Source: Callorhinchus milii (Eukaryota). From it: a stretch of DNA of 64,000 bases. The translations under genes were made by a program, and so were the position numbers. Below are positions 51,740 to 64,000 of this stretch, piece after piece (positions within the stretch are counted from its first letter, which is position 1; each line of letters opens with the position of its first letter). Under the pieces are notes generated by a model. The model was not told where the DNA came from. It was given only the letters and a program-made list of their open reading frames with translations, and made no database searches. The stretch lies in the NCBI RefSeq assembly GCF_018977255.1, contig NW_024704743.1, positions 106,766,001-106,830,000 of the forward strand. Direction: 5' to 3'.

Positions 51740-52915
51740 GCAACAACAAAATTACATTTATATAATGCCTTTCAAGTCGGGAGGACTTCCCAAGGCGCTG
51801 GACAGACAGAGTTTCGGACCCAAGCTGAGAATCGGGGTTGGGAGGGGGGAGGGCAGGGGAAGCAGGGAGATCGAAAGCATGATCAAAGAGGAGGGACTTG
51901 AGGTGGGTCTTGAAGGTGGCGAGGGAGGGGGCGAGACGGAGGGACTGCGGGATGGAGTTTCAGAGGATGGGTGCAGAGTGGGGGTAGGCCCACCCACCGA
52001 TAGTGGGGCGAGCAAGATGGGGAACATGAAGCAAGATGGAGCCTGCTGAGCGGAGGGAGCGAACAGGATGGTAGTGGGTTAGCAGGTCGGAGAGGTAGGG
52101 GGGAGCAAGACCATGGAGGGCTTTGAACGTGAGGACCAGGATCTTGAACTGTATCCTCTGTGTGATGGGAAGCCAGTGGAGTTGGGCAAGGATGGGGGTG
52201 ATAGGGTCACGGAGCCTAGTGTGGGAGAGGACACGGGTTGCAGAGTTCTGGATGATCTGCAGCCTGTGGAAGGAGGAGTTGGGGAGGCCGACAAGCAGGG
52301 AGTTTGGGCAGTTGATCCTCGATGTAATGAAGGCGTGTATGAGGGTTTCGGCGGCCTGCGGTGTGAGACAGTGTCGGAGCCAGGCGACGTTGCGGAGGTG
52401 GGGGAAGGCAGAGTGGGTCATGGCACGAATGTGGGGTAGAAAAGATAGTTGAGGGTCAAACAAGACCCCAAGTTTCCGGACTGGCTTAGCAAGGTTGAGT
52501 GTGCAACTATGGATGGTGATACTGTGAGTGCTTGAGGTGAGAAGGCGCTGATGGGAGCCAATCAGGAGAGCCTCGGTCTTGTTGACGTTCAACTGAAGAA
52601 AGTTAGCTCTCATCCAGGACTTGATGTCTGACAGACATTGTGTCAGGACAGCAGTGGTCCTGGAGTCAAGGGTGGAGGCAGAGAGGTAGAGTTGGGTGTC
52701 ATCCGCATACATGTGCAAGTTGACCCCATATCTGCGGATGATGTCACCAAGGGGAGATGTAGATGTTGAAGAGGAGGGGACCAAGGACAGAGCCCTGAGG
52801 AACACTGCACGAGATGGTTCGGGGGCTAGAGGAGAAGCCATTTGAGGAGATGAAGGCAGGCGGTGTGAGAGGTACAATCTGAACCAATCAAGGACAGCAT
52901 CATGGAGGTTGAGGA
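51740..52915 (-). mobile_element. L2 LINE, 5'-truncated, with RT catalytic region
   Basis: ORF 51960-52877 contains HMYADDTQLY, FLQLNVNKTE, LGVLFDPQLSF, LHWLPITQRIQFKI; frameshift near the PQGSVLGP motif. Confidence 0.97.
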
Positions 52916-53829
52916 CATTTTCACAGTTGGTGCCATTGGTAAAGGGTTGGGTGCAGGACTGAACTTGGACCTAAAGGAATACTGAGAAAATAATAAGAAA
53001 GGGAGAAATTATACCTTAAAATGTGGACATAAATCCTAAAATCTGAATGGATTTCTTCAGAAACATCAACAACTGCTACGCATTCAGGCCACTTTATTCA
53101 ATGTGCACTAAAGCAACTTTTGAAAGCCATAGCTAATTCAGGTTACCTTGAGTGTATGAACATCAAATTTCTGTTGGCCTTAGCACACTGAAATAAGCTG
53201 CTGTGTGGATATAATTTTACAGTATCTATGTACACATTACCAGATAGATGAGGTGACCTGCAAAGCTTTCTCTAACCCAATTTACATGAACTGATTGTTC
53301 CGCAGAACAGCCAAGGGGAGCACACATTCACTATTGTTTGAATCCCTTCTAACAATGTTTGGTATTATGTCTTGATATTGCTGCAGGACATAATACCAGT
53401 GTCATTGCTGAATCACAGTGTGATTCCAAGCACTGTGCATAACAATTATACAGCATCAGTGAATATCTATATGCTGAAAAATTACTATAATATCAATCAG
53501 CTCAATTTTATTACATTTCTAGTCCTTTATTATTTTGGTGTTTGGGAATTAGGAATGGAGGAAGAGCAGGAGGGAAGTTGCCTTATTTCGTATAAAAAGT
53601 CCTTCCCCCTTCTCCCTCCTTTCCACGGACTCACATTTGGTAATGGGTATCACAGCAGTGCACCAGTATCTTTGCAAAGTGTGCATTCTTCACACTTGAG
53701 TTCTTTGTGTTGCTTAGTTATATATCTAATGGCACCTGTATGTTTTGTACACGATTAACCCATGGACCATTAGCCAACCTATATTCTAGACCCAGCTGGA
53801 GCTAGTGCTCATGGGAAAGGCTAAACTCC

Positions 53830-54150
53830 TAGTCCAGGCTGATACACCAATATTTGCTGGGGGAGCATTGCAATGTCAGAGGTGCCATCCTTCAGATGAG
53901 ACAACAAACTGTGGACTCGATGGATGTTAAGGATCCCATTGGCACTATTTGAAAAGAGAAGAGAGTTTCTGCATGTATCCTGACTAATAATCCCCCAGAT
54001 AAAATTGGTCATTCATACCATGGTTGGTTGTGGGATTTTGGTGTAAACAAACTGTCTGCTGAGCTTGCTCACAAAATGCAGTCACAGCACTTTACAGTAA
54101 ATCCGTGAAGCACTTTGAGATGTCTTGATGGTGTGATTATTATTATTATA
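53830..54150 (+). mobile_element. Deu-domain SINE
   Basis: gtcagaggtgccatccttcagatgagac...ggatcccattggcactatttgaaaagag. Confidence 0.85.
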
Positions 54151-54984
54151 AATTAAGTTTTTATACACTCACTGAGTAGCTATTTGTATCAAATAATACA
54201 AAATGAAATCAAAGAAAATCTCCTTCAAGTTATTTGCAGTATTTGCAGAGAAACCATTAATATCAACATTAACACATTGATATAATCTCTAATTGGAGTA
54301 AACACTAAAATATTAAATTTTCAAATGGATTTGACATTCACAGCAGTTTCCAGTGATGTACTGTAAAGAAAATGGAGAAGCATGGGAAAATGATAGGGAA
54401 TTCAATTAAGATAACCAGAATACAGAGCGTCAGATATTTGCTATTGGTAATTTCTCTTCCTGATAATTGCTGGTAGGAAATTGCATTCTGAAATACTTTT
54501 ACAATCTTTCACAACACTATTTTGCTAAAGGTTTTACATAGTTGATTTGCTGCTAGCAAAATAAAAACATTAGTTTAGCTAAATATGAAGACCAGGTTTA
54601 AATGATTGGTTATATATTTTCCGATATTTATATTCAATTATTCCAGTAGTTTCAACTGACAGTGCAGTACAGTGCTGGCAGTATGTTGCATTGTTAGAGG
54701 TGAGAAGTTAAACCGAGATCTTGTCTACCTGTCAGATGGACGCTGAAGATCCTCTGGCACTATTTGAAAAGAGAAAGGAATTTTTCCTGAATTCCTCCTT
54801 CTCAAGCAGAGAGCCCAGCAGACTCGAGCAGAGGGCCCAGCAGAGTGAGGAGGGAACTGAGTGAGGTGGAACAAAGTGAGAATTCTGTTAAGGAATTTGG
54901 TGAGAGTGAGAATTTGTGCAGAGCGGGAAGGAGGTGCCGGTCAGAAAACGTTTTTCTTTTTTTTATCATATGACGTATATAACA

Positions 54985-55935
54985 ATGGAATACTTTGTGC
55001 ATTGCAGAAGTGGAGAGATGTTTGCCTTCCAGGCCCAGGTTTTGAATGGATTAATCTGCATTAACCTTAAGCTGGTAAATTCACTCAAGGCTGAAGTGGT
55101 CAGCCTTAACGAGCGATTGGCCATGCACCAAAGTATTAGGAGGGAGAAGTGTTTATAAATAATGTATTAGAGGAGTCCTTGCTAGGGGGCACAGTAGGAG
55201 AGGAGCCCCCTGTACCTAAAGGAGGGGATTGGGTCTCTGTTAGGAAAGGGGCCAGAAGTCATGGTCGGCTATGGAGCAGGAGCGGACATCCCTGGTGCTC
55301 TTCAACAGTTTCTCTCCTCTGGAGAGAGATGATATGGAAACCCAAGTGATGGCTGAGACAGGCATGGGAGTGCTGTGCACCGAGGCAATCCAGCAGCCTG
55401 CCAGGGAAGGAGGGAAGAAGAGAAAAAGTAGCAGACAAGTTGTGATATTAGGGGATTTGACTATTCGGTTCACAGATCGCATTCTGTGCAAACCAGACCC
55501 AGAAAATAGAATGGCAAGTTGTTGCCTGCTGGGTGCACGGGTTAAGGATCTGAGACCCCAGGTTGACCATCTGGTGAGGAACCAATTGTAGTTGTTCACG
55601 TGGGAAGAAATAACATAGATAGAAGTAGACCAGAGGTCCTTCATGCTAAATGTAGAGCTTTAGGAAGGAAGCTAAAGGGCAAGACTTCAAGTGTAGTATT
55701 TTCTGAAATATTACTTGTACCACGTGCTAGTGAGGAAAGATAGAGGGTAATTAGGCAGAACAATGCGTGGCTACGACATTGGTGTAGGGAGTCAGGCTTT
55801 CATTTCCTCAAACAATGGGGCACCTTTTGGAATAGGGGACATCTATACAGACCAGATAGGCTCTACCTAAGCAAAAGGGGTGTGGAGGTGTTGGCAGGCA
55901 GGATAGATAATTTAGTTAGGGAGTGTTTAAACTAG
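54985..55935 (+). pseudogene. Disrupted CR1 ORF1 (Zn-finger/coiled-coil plus SGNH esterase-like domain)
   Basis: MEYFVHCRSGEMF..IC..LKAEVVSLNERL; VVILGDLTIRFTD; CLLGARVKD; HVGRNNI; DRLYL; ends CLN*. Several frameshifts. Confidence 0.85.
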
Positions 55936-56069
55936 GCACAGGGGTAGTTGCGGTAGGTATAAGACAGCACCTGAACCAATTCGGGAAAACCTTAAGGTGT
56001 ACCAGTGTAATGGGTCTAACTCCAAAGGTTGGTGAAAAATAAACATAAAATGCTTATAGAGTAAATGGG

Positions 56070-57320
56070 AAAGGCAAAAAAAAATGGAGCTGTAACTGCA
56101 TTAATGCAAGAAGTCTGACAAACAAGATGCATGATCTGAAAGGTTTTGTAGGGGGGTGATAGATTGAACATCAATAGCATAACAGAGACATGGTGGAATG
56201 AATCCAATCAATGGGGTACACATCTGGAAGGTTATAAACTGAGGGACCATATCGGGAGAAGAGGAGATGGTGTGTCACTATATACAAGCTCCATTATTGA
56301 GACACAAGTGAAAGAGGACATAAAAATGGAAAGGGCAGGCACAGAATCACTTTGGGTAGAAATAAAAGATAGAGGTAACAGAGGTAAGCTATTACTGGGG
56401 ATCTGCTATAAACCCCCAAGCCAAGGTGAAAGCCTCGATCTGGAACCGTAAGATGAGATAAGGAAGGGCTACTAGTAAGAGACCAACCATAGTGGTTGGA
56501 GATATTAACTTACCCAAAATTGATTGGGATAATAATATGTCTACTGGTAAGATAGGGAAGGAGTTTCTAGAGTTAAAGGAAGACTGTTTTATGACTCAGT
56601 TTGTAAAAGAGCCAACAAGGGGAGATAAAACCTTGGATTTGATAATGAGCAAGAGGGATGACCAAATCTCCAACATAAAGGTGAGAGAAGCATTAAGCAA
56701 CAGCGAACACAATGTAGTCACATTTGATATCACAAGAGTTGGTGAGATCCTAAAAACCCAAACAGTGAATAAAGCAAACCAGATGTTGGGATGTATCAAA
56801 GATCAAGAGCAAGCTGAAATAGTGGGGTAATTCTGCTACTGTGTAAATTATTGGTGAATTGGTGAGACCATACTTAAGAATACTGCTTTACAGTTCTGGT
56901 CTCCGCAGTACAAAAAGGATATTGGAGAAATCAAGATACAGAGGAGGGCAACCAGAATGATTGGGGGAATAGAAGGACTGGACTATGAGGAGCGACTAAG
57001 TAAATTGGGCATGTTCACGCTGGAAAAGACAAGATTGAGAGGCCATATGATTCTGTTTTTAAGATTTTAAAGGGGCAAGACAATATAGATCATGACAGGC
57101 TGTTTCAACTTGTCCAGAATAGTAAAACCAGAGGACACGGCCTGCGTTTGAAGGGGGGGTAAATTCAGAACGAATCTACGCAAACACTATTTCAGTGAGC
57201 AAATAGTGAACCAATGGAACAGGCTCCCTAGGGAGACGGTTGAAGCAGGAAGTGTTGATTCTTTCAAACACAGATTAGATAGTTTTCTTTTAGGAAATAA
57301 CATTATGGGATATCGTGCAT
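56070..57320 (+). pseudogene. Disrupted CR1 ORF2: endonuclease fused to C-terminal domain
   Basis: ITETWW, RRGDGVSLY, GICYKPP, VGDINLPKIDW, EPTRGDKTLDLI, SEHN, then directly VNKANQMLGCIK. Confidence 0.85.
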
Positions 57321-58538
57321 AGGTATTTTGGGACATATGTGCATGCGACCATCAGGAAGGCAAACTAGATGGACCTTGGTCTTTCTTCATCCAGCATTTC
57401 TTATGTTCTTATGTTCTTGTGATGTCCTGGCTAGCATTCCCCTAGATAAAAATTGGTCATTTGATTTATGGCTGTTTGTGGGGCATTGATGTGTGCAAAT
57501 TGGATGCTGCATTCACCTACAAATAATATACTCACTGCTCTTTACATTAGCATCCTGTGAAGTACTTTGGACATCTCGATGATCTGATCAAGTGCTACTT
57601 CAAATATAAGGATGATCATTTTATATTTGAAATAACCTGGGCCACCAACATTATCAGTTCCAAAACCAGACAGTCGTAGGTAAATATATATGTTACATTA
57701 AGTATCTTGACCAAATCGGATCATTATATGCAATGTCATGTCACTGAATCCAAATGAAACTGAAGTGCAGTGGGCAATGGACATCGAAATGGCCTGAACA
57801 GTTCCAACCTTTATTATGCTTCAGTGTGTTGGTTGGGGGGAAGGGTTGGTGAAGGACCATAACATGTTAATTGAACTAATCTTTACAGGAAACTTTGTGC
57901 AGTGCTTTCAGCTGTGATAAGGCACGATAACAAATGGAAGGATTAATATTATTGTAATCCAAATGATATAAAAATGCATCAATGTATCTTGAGGTATTCT
58001 GAATTCCACAAAATCTGTCTTTCAGTCACTAGAATTTACTTTTATTGCACTGACACCGAATTTTGTTGATGCAATAGTGAAAGTTGAGAGAGTTATCTTG
58101 CAGGTCTTTTTTTTACAAAATATATCTGTTGATTTATATATTTACGCTTATCTCAGACAGTATCAAAACCATTGCAAAAAAGAGATGCAACATGTTATTA
58201 TCCTGTTACAGGATGTAACAGACCCAGACCCTTGTGATAGGGGAAAATGGGGGAGGGAGGGTTATCTCTGCACATTCCACGACAGTTTCCCCGCCTCTGG
58301 GTTTTGCCGCCCTTTACAGGGCTCAGTTACAAATGGGGTCTTGTACCCTCCTCCCTATCCTCACCCCTCTTAGTGGGGAGTGCAGACAGGTTCACAGTTA
58401 TCTTGCAAGGTTCAACAGACTCTCCCTCCTCTTTAAGAGTAGTGACACACACTGTTTGCAACATTCCCTTGTGGACTGTTTTGTCATATACCTTTTGGGG
58501 AGCATTAGCAAAGCAATTTCGCTCACTGTCCCTAGCGC

Positions 58539-58539
<1 letters not shown>

Positions 58540-58571
<32 letters not shown>

Positions 58572-58880
58572 CCTTGCATTTGATATAGCGCTTTTCACAT
58601 CTTCTAGATGTCTCAAAGTGCTTCACAGAATATACTGTAAAGTGAATTGACTGTATATTTGTGGGGGAAACACAGCAGCCAATTGCGCACAGCAGTGTCC
58701 CACAGACGTGGATTGAGTGACCAAATTATTACTTATTTATTTATTTATTTATTTTTCTTGAGGGATTATTATTAGGCAAGTGGAGTAAGGAAACTTGCTC
58801 AAGGTTTTGTCCTGCTGGGAATCAAACCCATGTCTCTCGCTTGCGAGGCAAATGTTCTAACTACTGAGCTACAGGACTCC
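58540..58880 (-). mobile_element. tRNA-Ala SINE, agaagac-loop subfamily, long (tta)n tail
   Basis: ggagtcctgtagctcagtag head on the minus strand. Confidence 0.95.
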
Positions 58881-59499
58881 CTATATGGTAGATTGTGTTT
58901 ATTGTGTTATCCAAAGATTACCCTATGTAAAATCTTACCTTATGTTTGAAAAAGGAGGACAGGACAACTCGAAGGTAAATATTTAATTGAATTTTTTAAA
59001 AAATTATATCATTGTTCAGAATGATTAGAGTAATAATAATCCTTGCATTTGTTGAAGCACATTATCATGCCAAAACAACTCAACTGCATCATAAAATGTG
59101 TCACTTTGAAGTGAAGTGACTGTTGATGTATAAACAAACACCACAGCTAATCTGGATCGGCAAGTATGATATTAGCAAAATTACTCCTGACCTTTGAGTA
59201 GCCTCATTACTCAAACATTATTTGTTTCAGCACGATACCGCAAATTAGAAAAATGAGTTTAAAAAAATGTCCTAGTTCAGAAAGTATGTAGCATCCCAAA
59301 AACTTCCTGGAAACTGATGTCAATCATTAATACATATTCTGCCTTTCAAACAACTTTAGAAACATGCATTAAACTAACAATGAGGGCTCAGGCCTTTCAA
59401 TTGCCCTCTGCAGCAAACAGTACTGTTTTGCTTGCAAGGAAGATATATTTAACTTGATTTATTGCTTCATTGGAACAAACAATTCAGTCTCACTGTCTT

Positions 59500-61400
59500 T
59501 TGATTAGTAATATCAACTAGCAATTAGCAATATTTCAGCCATGTGTCTTAACCTATCGTTGATGGTACATTTGACAGCGGTGGGCAGTCAAAGAGATAAG
59601 GATCCTTTGATAAATAGACTCCTCAAATTAGGGTATCAACGATAAGACTTGGATTAGTAACTGGCTACAGGAAAATAGAGCACATAAAAATCGATGACCT
59701 GGATTTGTAAGCACAGTCTCGGCAGTATTGGTGGCACCAAGCTTTAAGCAACTGTGAAATCAGAGAAGAGCCAGACATAATCTTACAACAGGATATATAT
59801 ACCTGGGATGATGGCAAATGAAATTCAATGGAAAAATAGCAAGGTACTGCTTATTCAAAGTAAAATTAGGAGACACATGCACGCCCTGGAGGGGAAAGAA
59901 TTTGATAAAGGTGAATTTTAAAGGAACATTATGGTAGTAATGGACACATTGCTCACCAGCTCCTTACAACAACAACAACAACAACAAGATTTCATTTATA
60001 GAGCGCCTTTCACGTCGGGAGGACGTCCCAAGGCACTGGACAGTTGGGTCGGGACCCGAGCGGGGGGAAATGGTCAGGGTGAGAGGAGGGAAGGGAGGGA
60101 GCGAGGAGGGGATAGAGAGTCGAGAGGGGAGCTGAAGGCACGGTCGAAGAGAAGGTCTTGAGACCGGCTTTGAAGGAGGAAGGGGAGGAAGCAAGGCGAA
60201 GGCATTGAGGGATGGAGTTCCAGAGCCTAGGGGCTGAGAGGCTGAAGGCCCGGCCACCGATGGTAGGGCGGTTAGGGCGGGGGATGTGGAGCAGACCGCA
60301 GCCAGAGGACGGAGGATACAGGCAGGTAGGTAGGGGGATAGTAGGTCAGAGAGGTAGGAGGGAGCAAGGCCGTGAATGGCCTTGTAGGTGAGGATGAGGA
60401 TCTTGAATTCGATCCTCTGGGGGATGGGGAGCCAGTGGAGGCGAGCGAGGGTGGGAGTGATGTGGTCCCGAAGCCTGGTGCGGGACAGTACACGAGCTGC
60501 AGAGTTCTGAATGACCTACAGCTTGTGGAGGGAGGTGCCGGGAAGGCCGGGAGGAGAGAGTTCCCATAGTCCAGCCTTGAGGTGATAAAGGCGTGGACCA
60601 GAGTTTCAGCAGCTTGAGGGGTGAGGTAGTGCCGTAGTCTGGTGATATTCCGGAGGTGGTGGAAGGCGGTGCCAGTTGTGGCGCGGATATGCGGAAGAAA
60701 GGGCAGCTCAGGATCGAACAGAACGCCAAGGTTCCTGACTGGCTTTAAGAGGTGGAGAGTGCAGCCTTGGATGCTGATGCTGTCAGCGCCTGACGGTGTG
60801 AAACAACAATAAACAATACAGATAGGATCATGGGCTGTATTGCAATATCAGTTGAATTCCAATCCAAAGAAGTCACTCTAAAATTGTACTTTACAGTCAG
60901 GCCACATCTAGTGTGCTACACAAATTTCTGGTCACTGCAACAGAAAGATCCCCAGAACCTAGAGGCAGTGCAGAGGAGAAGATCGGGCTGATCTCTAATG
61001 CTAGAATGGTGAGTTATGAGAAATGACTAGATAAGCTAAGGCTTTTCAACCCTGAAAAAAGATGTCTCAGAAGGAATTTTACTGAGATATCTAAGTTATT
61101 AAATGGGTTTAGAGAAAGTGAACACAGACAAAGCTTTAAGATATGCTAAGGCTAGAGGGCACACCTATTGGCTTATGAATAGCAATTAATAGGACAAATA
61201 CCTGCTGGCATTTTTTATCCCGAGAGTAATCAAAAGCTGGAGCAGGTTATCAGTAGGGAATCTTGAGGCTAGGCCACTGGACATATTTAGGAAGCAACTT
61301 GATGCCGTAATAGGAAGATAGTAGGATGGGTCGTTTGGAATGATGATATCAAATGAGCTTAGGGGATTTTTCTTATTCATATTTCTCCTATGTCTTATGT
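59500..61400 (+). mobile_element. Old CR1 3' portion split by an L2
   Basis: WQMKFN, VRPHLV...FWS, RVIKSWSRL, FRKQLD motifs flanking the L2 at 59966-60795. Confidence 0.8.
59966..60795 (-). mobile_element. Young L2 3' portion
   Basis: RNLGVLFDPEL, LHWLPIPQRIEFKIL; tail gggacgtcctcccgacgtgaaaggcgc plus (ttg)n; high GC and CpG. Confidence 0.95.
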
Positions 61401-62482
61401 GGTTAATGCCGTATAGCAACAACAACAACTTGCACTTATATAGCACCTTCCATGCATGGTAGCGTTTCAGAGTGCTTAAAAATTATAACTAACTAAAATG
61501 GCTTTGCACTTGATTTGTCAAATATCAGCACCATGCTTCTTATTGGCATTGAATTATAAAGGGGTCCTTTGAAAGAATATAAAGTGCAATTAAAAACTTA
61601 TAACATTTCTCAACCAATTTTTCATTTGCAAAAAGGGTAAGTTATCAATTCATACCACATATCAGCCTTAAGGAAGAAGAGTGATTGTCATATCTTGTCG
61701 CACTGCCTGCTTTGCTGCCCAAAACTAATCTACTGCAGAATATAATGTGTGCTTTATACTAAAGTATGCGTTACATGACAGTTGTAATATGCTAACTTCT
61801 GGATAGAGGCCTATAATTAAAATGACCTTTGAAAATCTCTACTAGTGGACTCTTTTCAGATTCACAGATTTTGATATATTGTCTCCAAATTTTATTAAAC
61901 AGCAGCTTTTTAACCCGATGAAACAATACCCGACTTTGAATTGTGACTGCCGCATTTCTACCGGCATGAAGCACGTTCAACACTCTTTGACCAAGAATAC
62001 TACATTTAAATAATTATTCTCTTTCTAAAGTTAAGTGATGTGATTTACATATGGATTAATCTACAGTTTCACATCATAAGACTCACAGGACCAATTCAAC
62101 ACATTGCATTATTTCAGTACGATTTTTAATTATTCAAATGATCTGATCTGACATGATTTGGTCCCAAGAGGTGAAGGGAGGACATTTTATCCTACCCTCA
62201 ACAAACTTTTACTGTTCACTAAAACTGCTTAGAGGCAGGCAGGTAAGGAAAACAAAGGAAGACTGAACTTGCATTTTTATAGCATCTTTGCACTTTGAAA
62301 TGCCTGGAAGTTCTTAACAGTAGTTAATATTCCTTGTGTTTCATATAGTGTCTGGAACATTGAAACATCTCAAAGCATTTCACAGATAAAGTCACAAGAG
62401 GATTCGGATGAAGAAGGTCCTCAGGCCCTTTAGATTTCATCATGAATATCCACTATATCATCCTCCTATTAAACATCATACT

Positions 62483-62775
62483 TGCTTTGCAAGTGAGAGA
62501 CCTGAGTTCAATTCCAGGCAGGGCGAAACCTTGGGAAAGTTTCCTTACTCCACATGCTTAATAATAATCCCTCCAAAAAAACAAAACAATAATAAATTAG
62601 TCATTTTCAATCCAGGACTGTTTGTGGGACATTGCTGTGTGCAATTGGCTGCCGCGTTCGCCCACAAATATACAGTCAATTCACTTTGCAGTGTGTTCTG
62701 TGAAGCGCTTTGGGACGTCCTCCTGACGTGAAAAGTGCTATATCAAATGCAAGGATTATTATTATTATTATTATT
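62483..62775 (+). mobile_element. Young tRNA-Ala SINE, slightly 5'-truncated
   Basis: Starts in the anticodon arm; gggacgtcctcctgacgtg tail loop. Confidence 0.95.
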
Positions 62776-62930
62776 ACTGCTTTCAACCACCCTTCCTGGT
62801 ATCCTGTCCCAGTCATTAATTACCCTCTGGGTAAAAAAAAGCTTCCTGGTGTCTATCCTGAAATTGCTCTTCACAACTCAAAACCTATGTTCTCTTGTTC
62901 TACTATCTCAGTGCATCCAAAAACAATACT
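62776..62930 (-). mobile_element. CR1 3' fragment
   Basis: Minus strand reads SRTREHRF...FRIDTRKLFFTQRVINDWDRIP. Confidence 0.85.
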
Positions 62931-63399
62931 GCCAAGTGTAGTAAATGTTTTGAGCAGACATGTTAGGTTCCCATAAACCGTTGGGTTTGAAGGTGAGTGA
63001 CAAAATTATCTGGAGGATTATTATCCAGGATAACAGGAGAAATCTTTAACATCCACCTGAATAGGCAGATGGGACCTTGGCTTAACATCTCATCCAAAGG
63101 GCAACAACTTCGACAATGCTAGAATGTTAGGCCATCTTATGAACTCAAAGGAGTGCAGTGCATTGCCAGTATGTGTGGGCACAATTCACTGAATTAAAAT
63201 AAACACTTCCTGATATTGCAAAGTTGTTTTTAAGCTGTTACCAGTGATTTGGGATACCCTCCCGACCTGAAAGGAGCTATATAAATCTAAATTAAATACC
63301 ATTCAGTACACAATGAGAGATGTATTTCAGACACATCGGGGTTAAAGGCAATATACAACACAGGGTTGATTTTCCACAGATAAAAAAACATATCTCAAA

Positions 63400-63665
63400 T
63401 AATCTTTGCATTTGCCTTATCATGACATCTCAAAGCACTTCACAGGAATTGCTATAAAGTTTAATGACTATTTATAGGCAATTGGCACACAGCAATGTCC
63501 CACCAACAGCCAGGAAGTGAATGACTAATTCTATCTGGGAAATCATTGGCCAGCTATTAGCTCCCTTCTCTTTTCAAATAGTGGCATGGATCTTTAACAT
63601 CCACCTGAACTGGAGATGAGGCTTGTTTCATCTGAAGGATGACATATCTGACAATGCAATCCAGT
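63400..63665 (-). mobile_element. Old Deu-domain SINE
   Basis: caggtggatgttaaagatccatgccactatttgaaaagagaaggg on the minus strand; a similar fragment lies at 63000-63125. Confidence 0.75.
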
Positions 63666-64000
63666 GCAACAGCTTCCAACATATTGAACTTTTCTCTCTG
63701 CCTTCCACATAAATAGGGGGAAAATCATTGATGGGGTGGAAGGGGAATATTTATGCCTCCGAATGGTGTTCGTTTCACTTCTTCGATTGAGATTGTTGGA
63801 TTATTTCCGGGCCAGGGATGATTCGGAGACATGTAAAACTCTTAATTGCGTATAGAAATCACGTTAGATAATGTCGCTGATTTGAGTGAATAAATGCTGA
63901 GCATTTGAGTAGTTCAGATAGTCGGCATGTCAGTTTGCTGTTCAGCTCCCCCACATCTTAACAACCCAGCTGCACAGGAGCAGTTCTCTCCCAGAGAAGG

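Larger units (their letters stand above)
54791..57419 (+). mobile_element. CR1 LINE retaining both ends but lacking the RT domain
   Basis: 5' UTR, ORF1, APE endonuclease, ORF2 C-terminus and (ttcttatg)n tail within about 2.6 kb. Confidence 0.9.
54645..57620 (+). mobile_element. Deu-domain SINE split into 54645-54790 and 57420-57620 by the CR1 insertion
   Basis: Left half ends gaaaagagaaaggaatttttcctga; right half resumes tgtcctggctagcattcccc, contiguous in intact copies. Confidence 0.85.

Noticed and set aside
58200..58530. Possible LTR starting tgtaaca after the palindrome atcctgt-t-acaggat
   Set aside because: No matching 3' terminus, TSD, primer-binding site or second copy is visible.
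1..64000. CRISPR array, operon or prokaryotic defence system
   Set aside because: No regularly spaced repeats or dense long ORFs; the content is vertebrate SINE, LINE and PLE sequence.

Overview
This is AT-rich, CpG-depleted vertebrate genomic DNA, most likely a cartilaginous fish and probably a chimaera (inferred from the repeat families, not from a database search). I can support no host protein-coding exon, true tRNA, rRNA or CRISPR array, so the window looks like a large intron or gene desert. It is a mosaic of retroelements: (1) many copies of a young tRNA-Ala-derived SINE (tRNA head, CORE-like segment, Deu-type 3' body, L2-type tail); (2) older Deu-domain (SacSINE1-like) SINEs; (3) L2 and CR1 LINE fragments; (4) two Penelope-like insertions with inverted terminal repeats, target-site duplications (TSDs) and a hammerhead-ribozyme-like motif. 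The most notable observations are a CR1 that keeps ORF1 and the endonuclease but has lost the whole RT domain by an in-frame fusion, ribozyme-aligned inverted arms in both Penelope-like copies, a SINE subfamily sharing its 3' stem-loop with a young L2, and an unclassified old repeat, one copy of which carries strong splice signals. Unique stretches contain enhancer- or promoter-like motifs. Element boundaries were read by eye and are approximate to about 10-20 bp unless a TSD is given.
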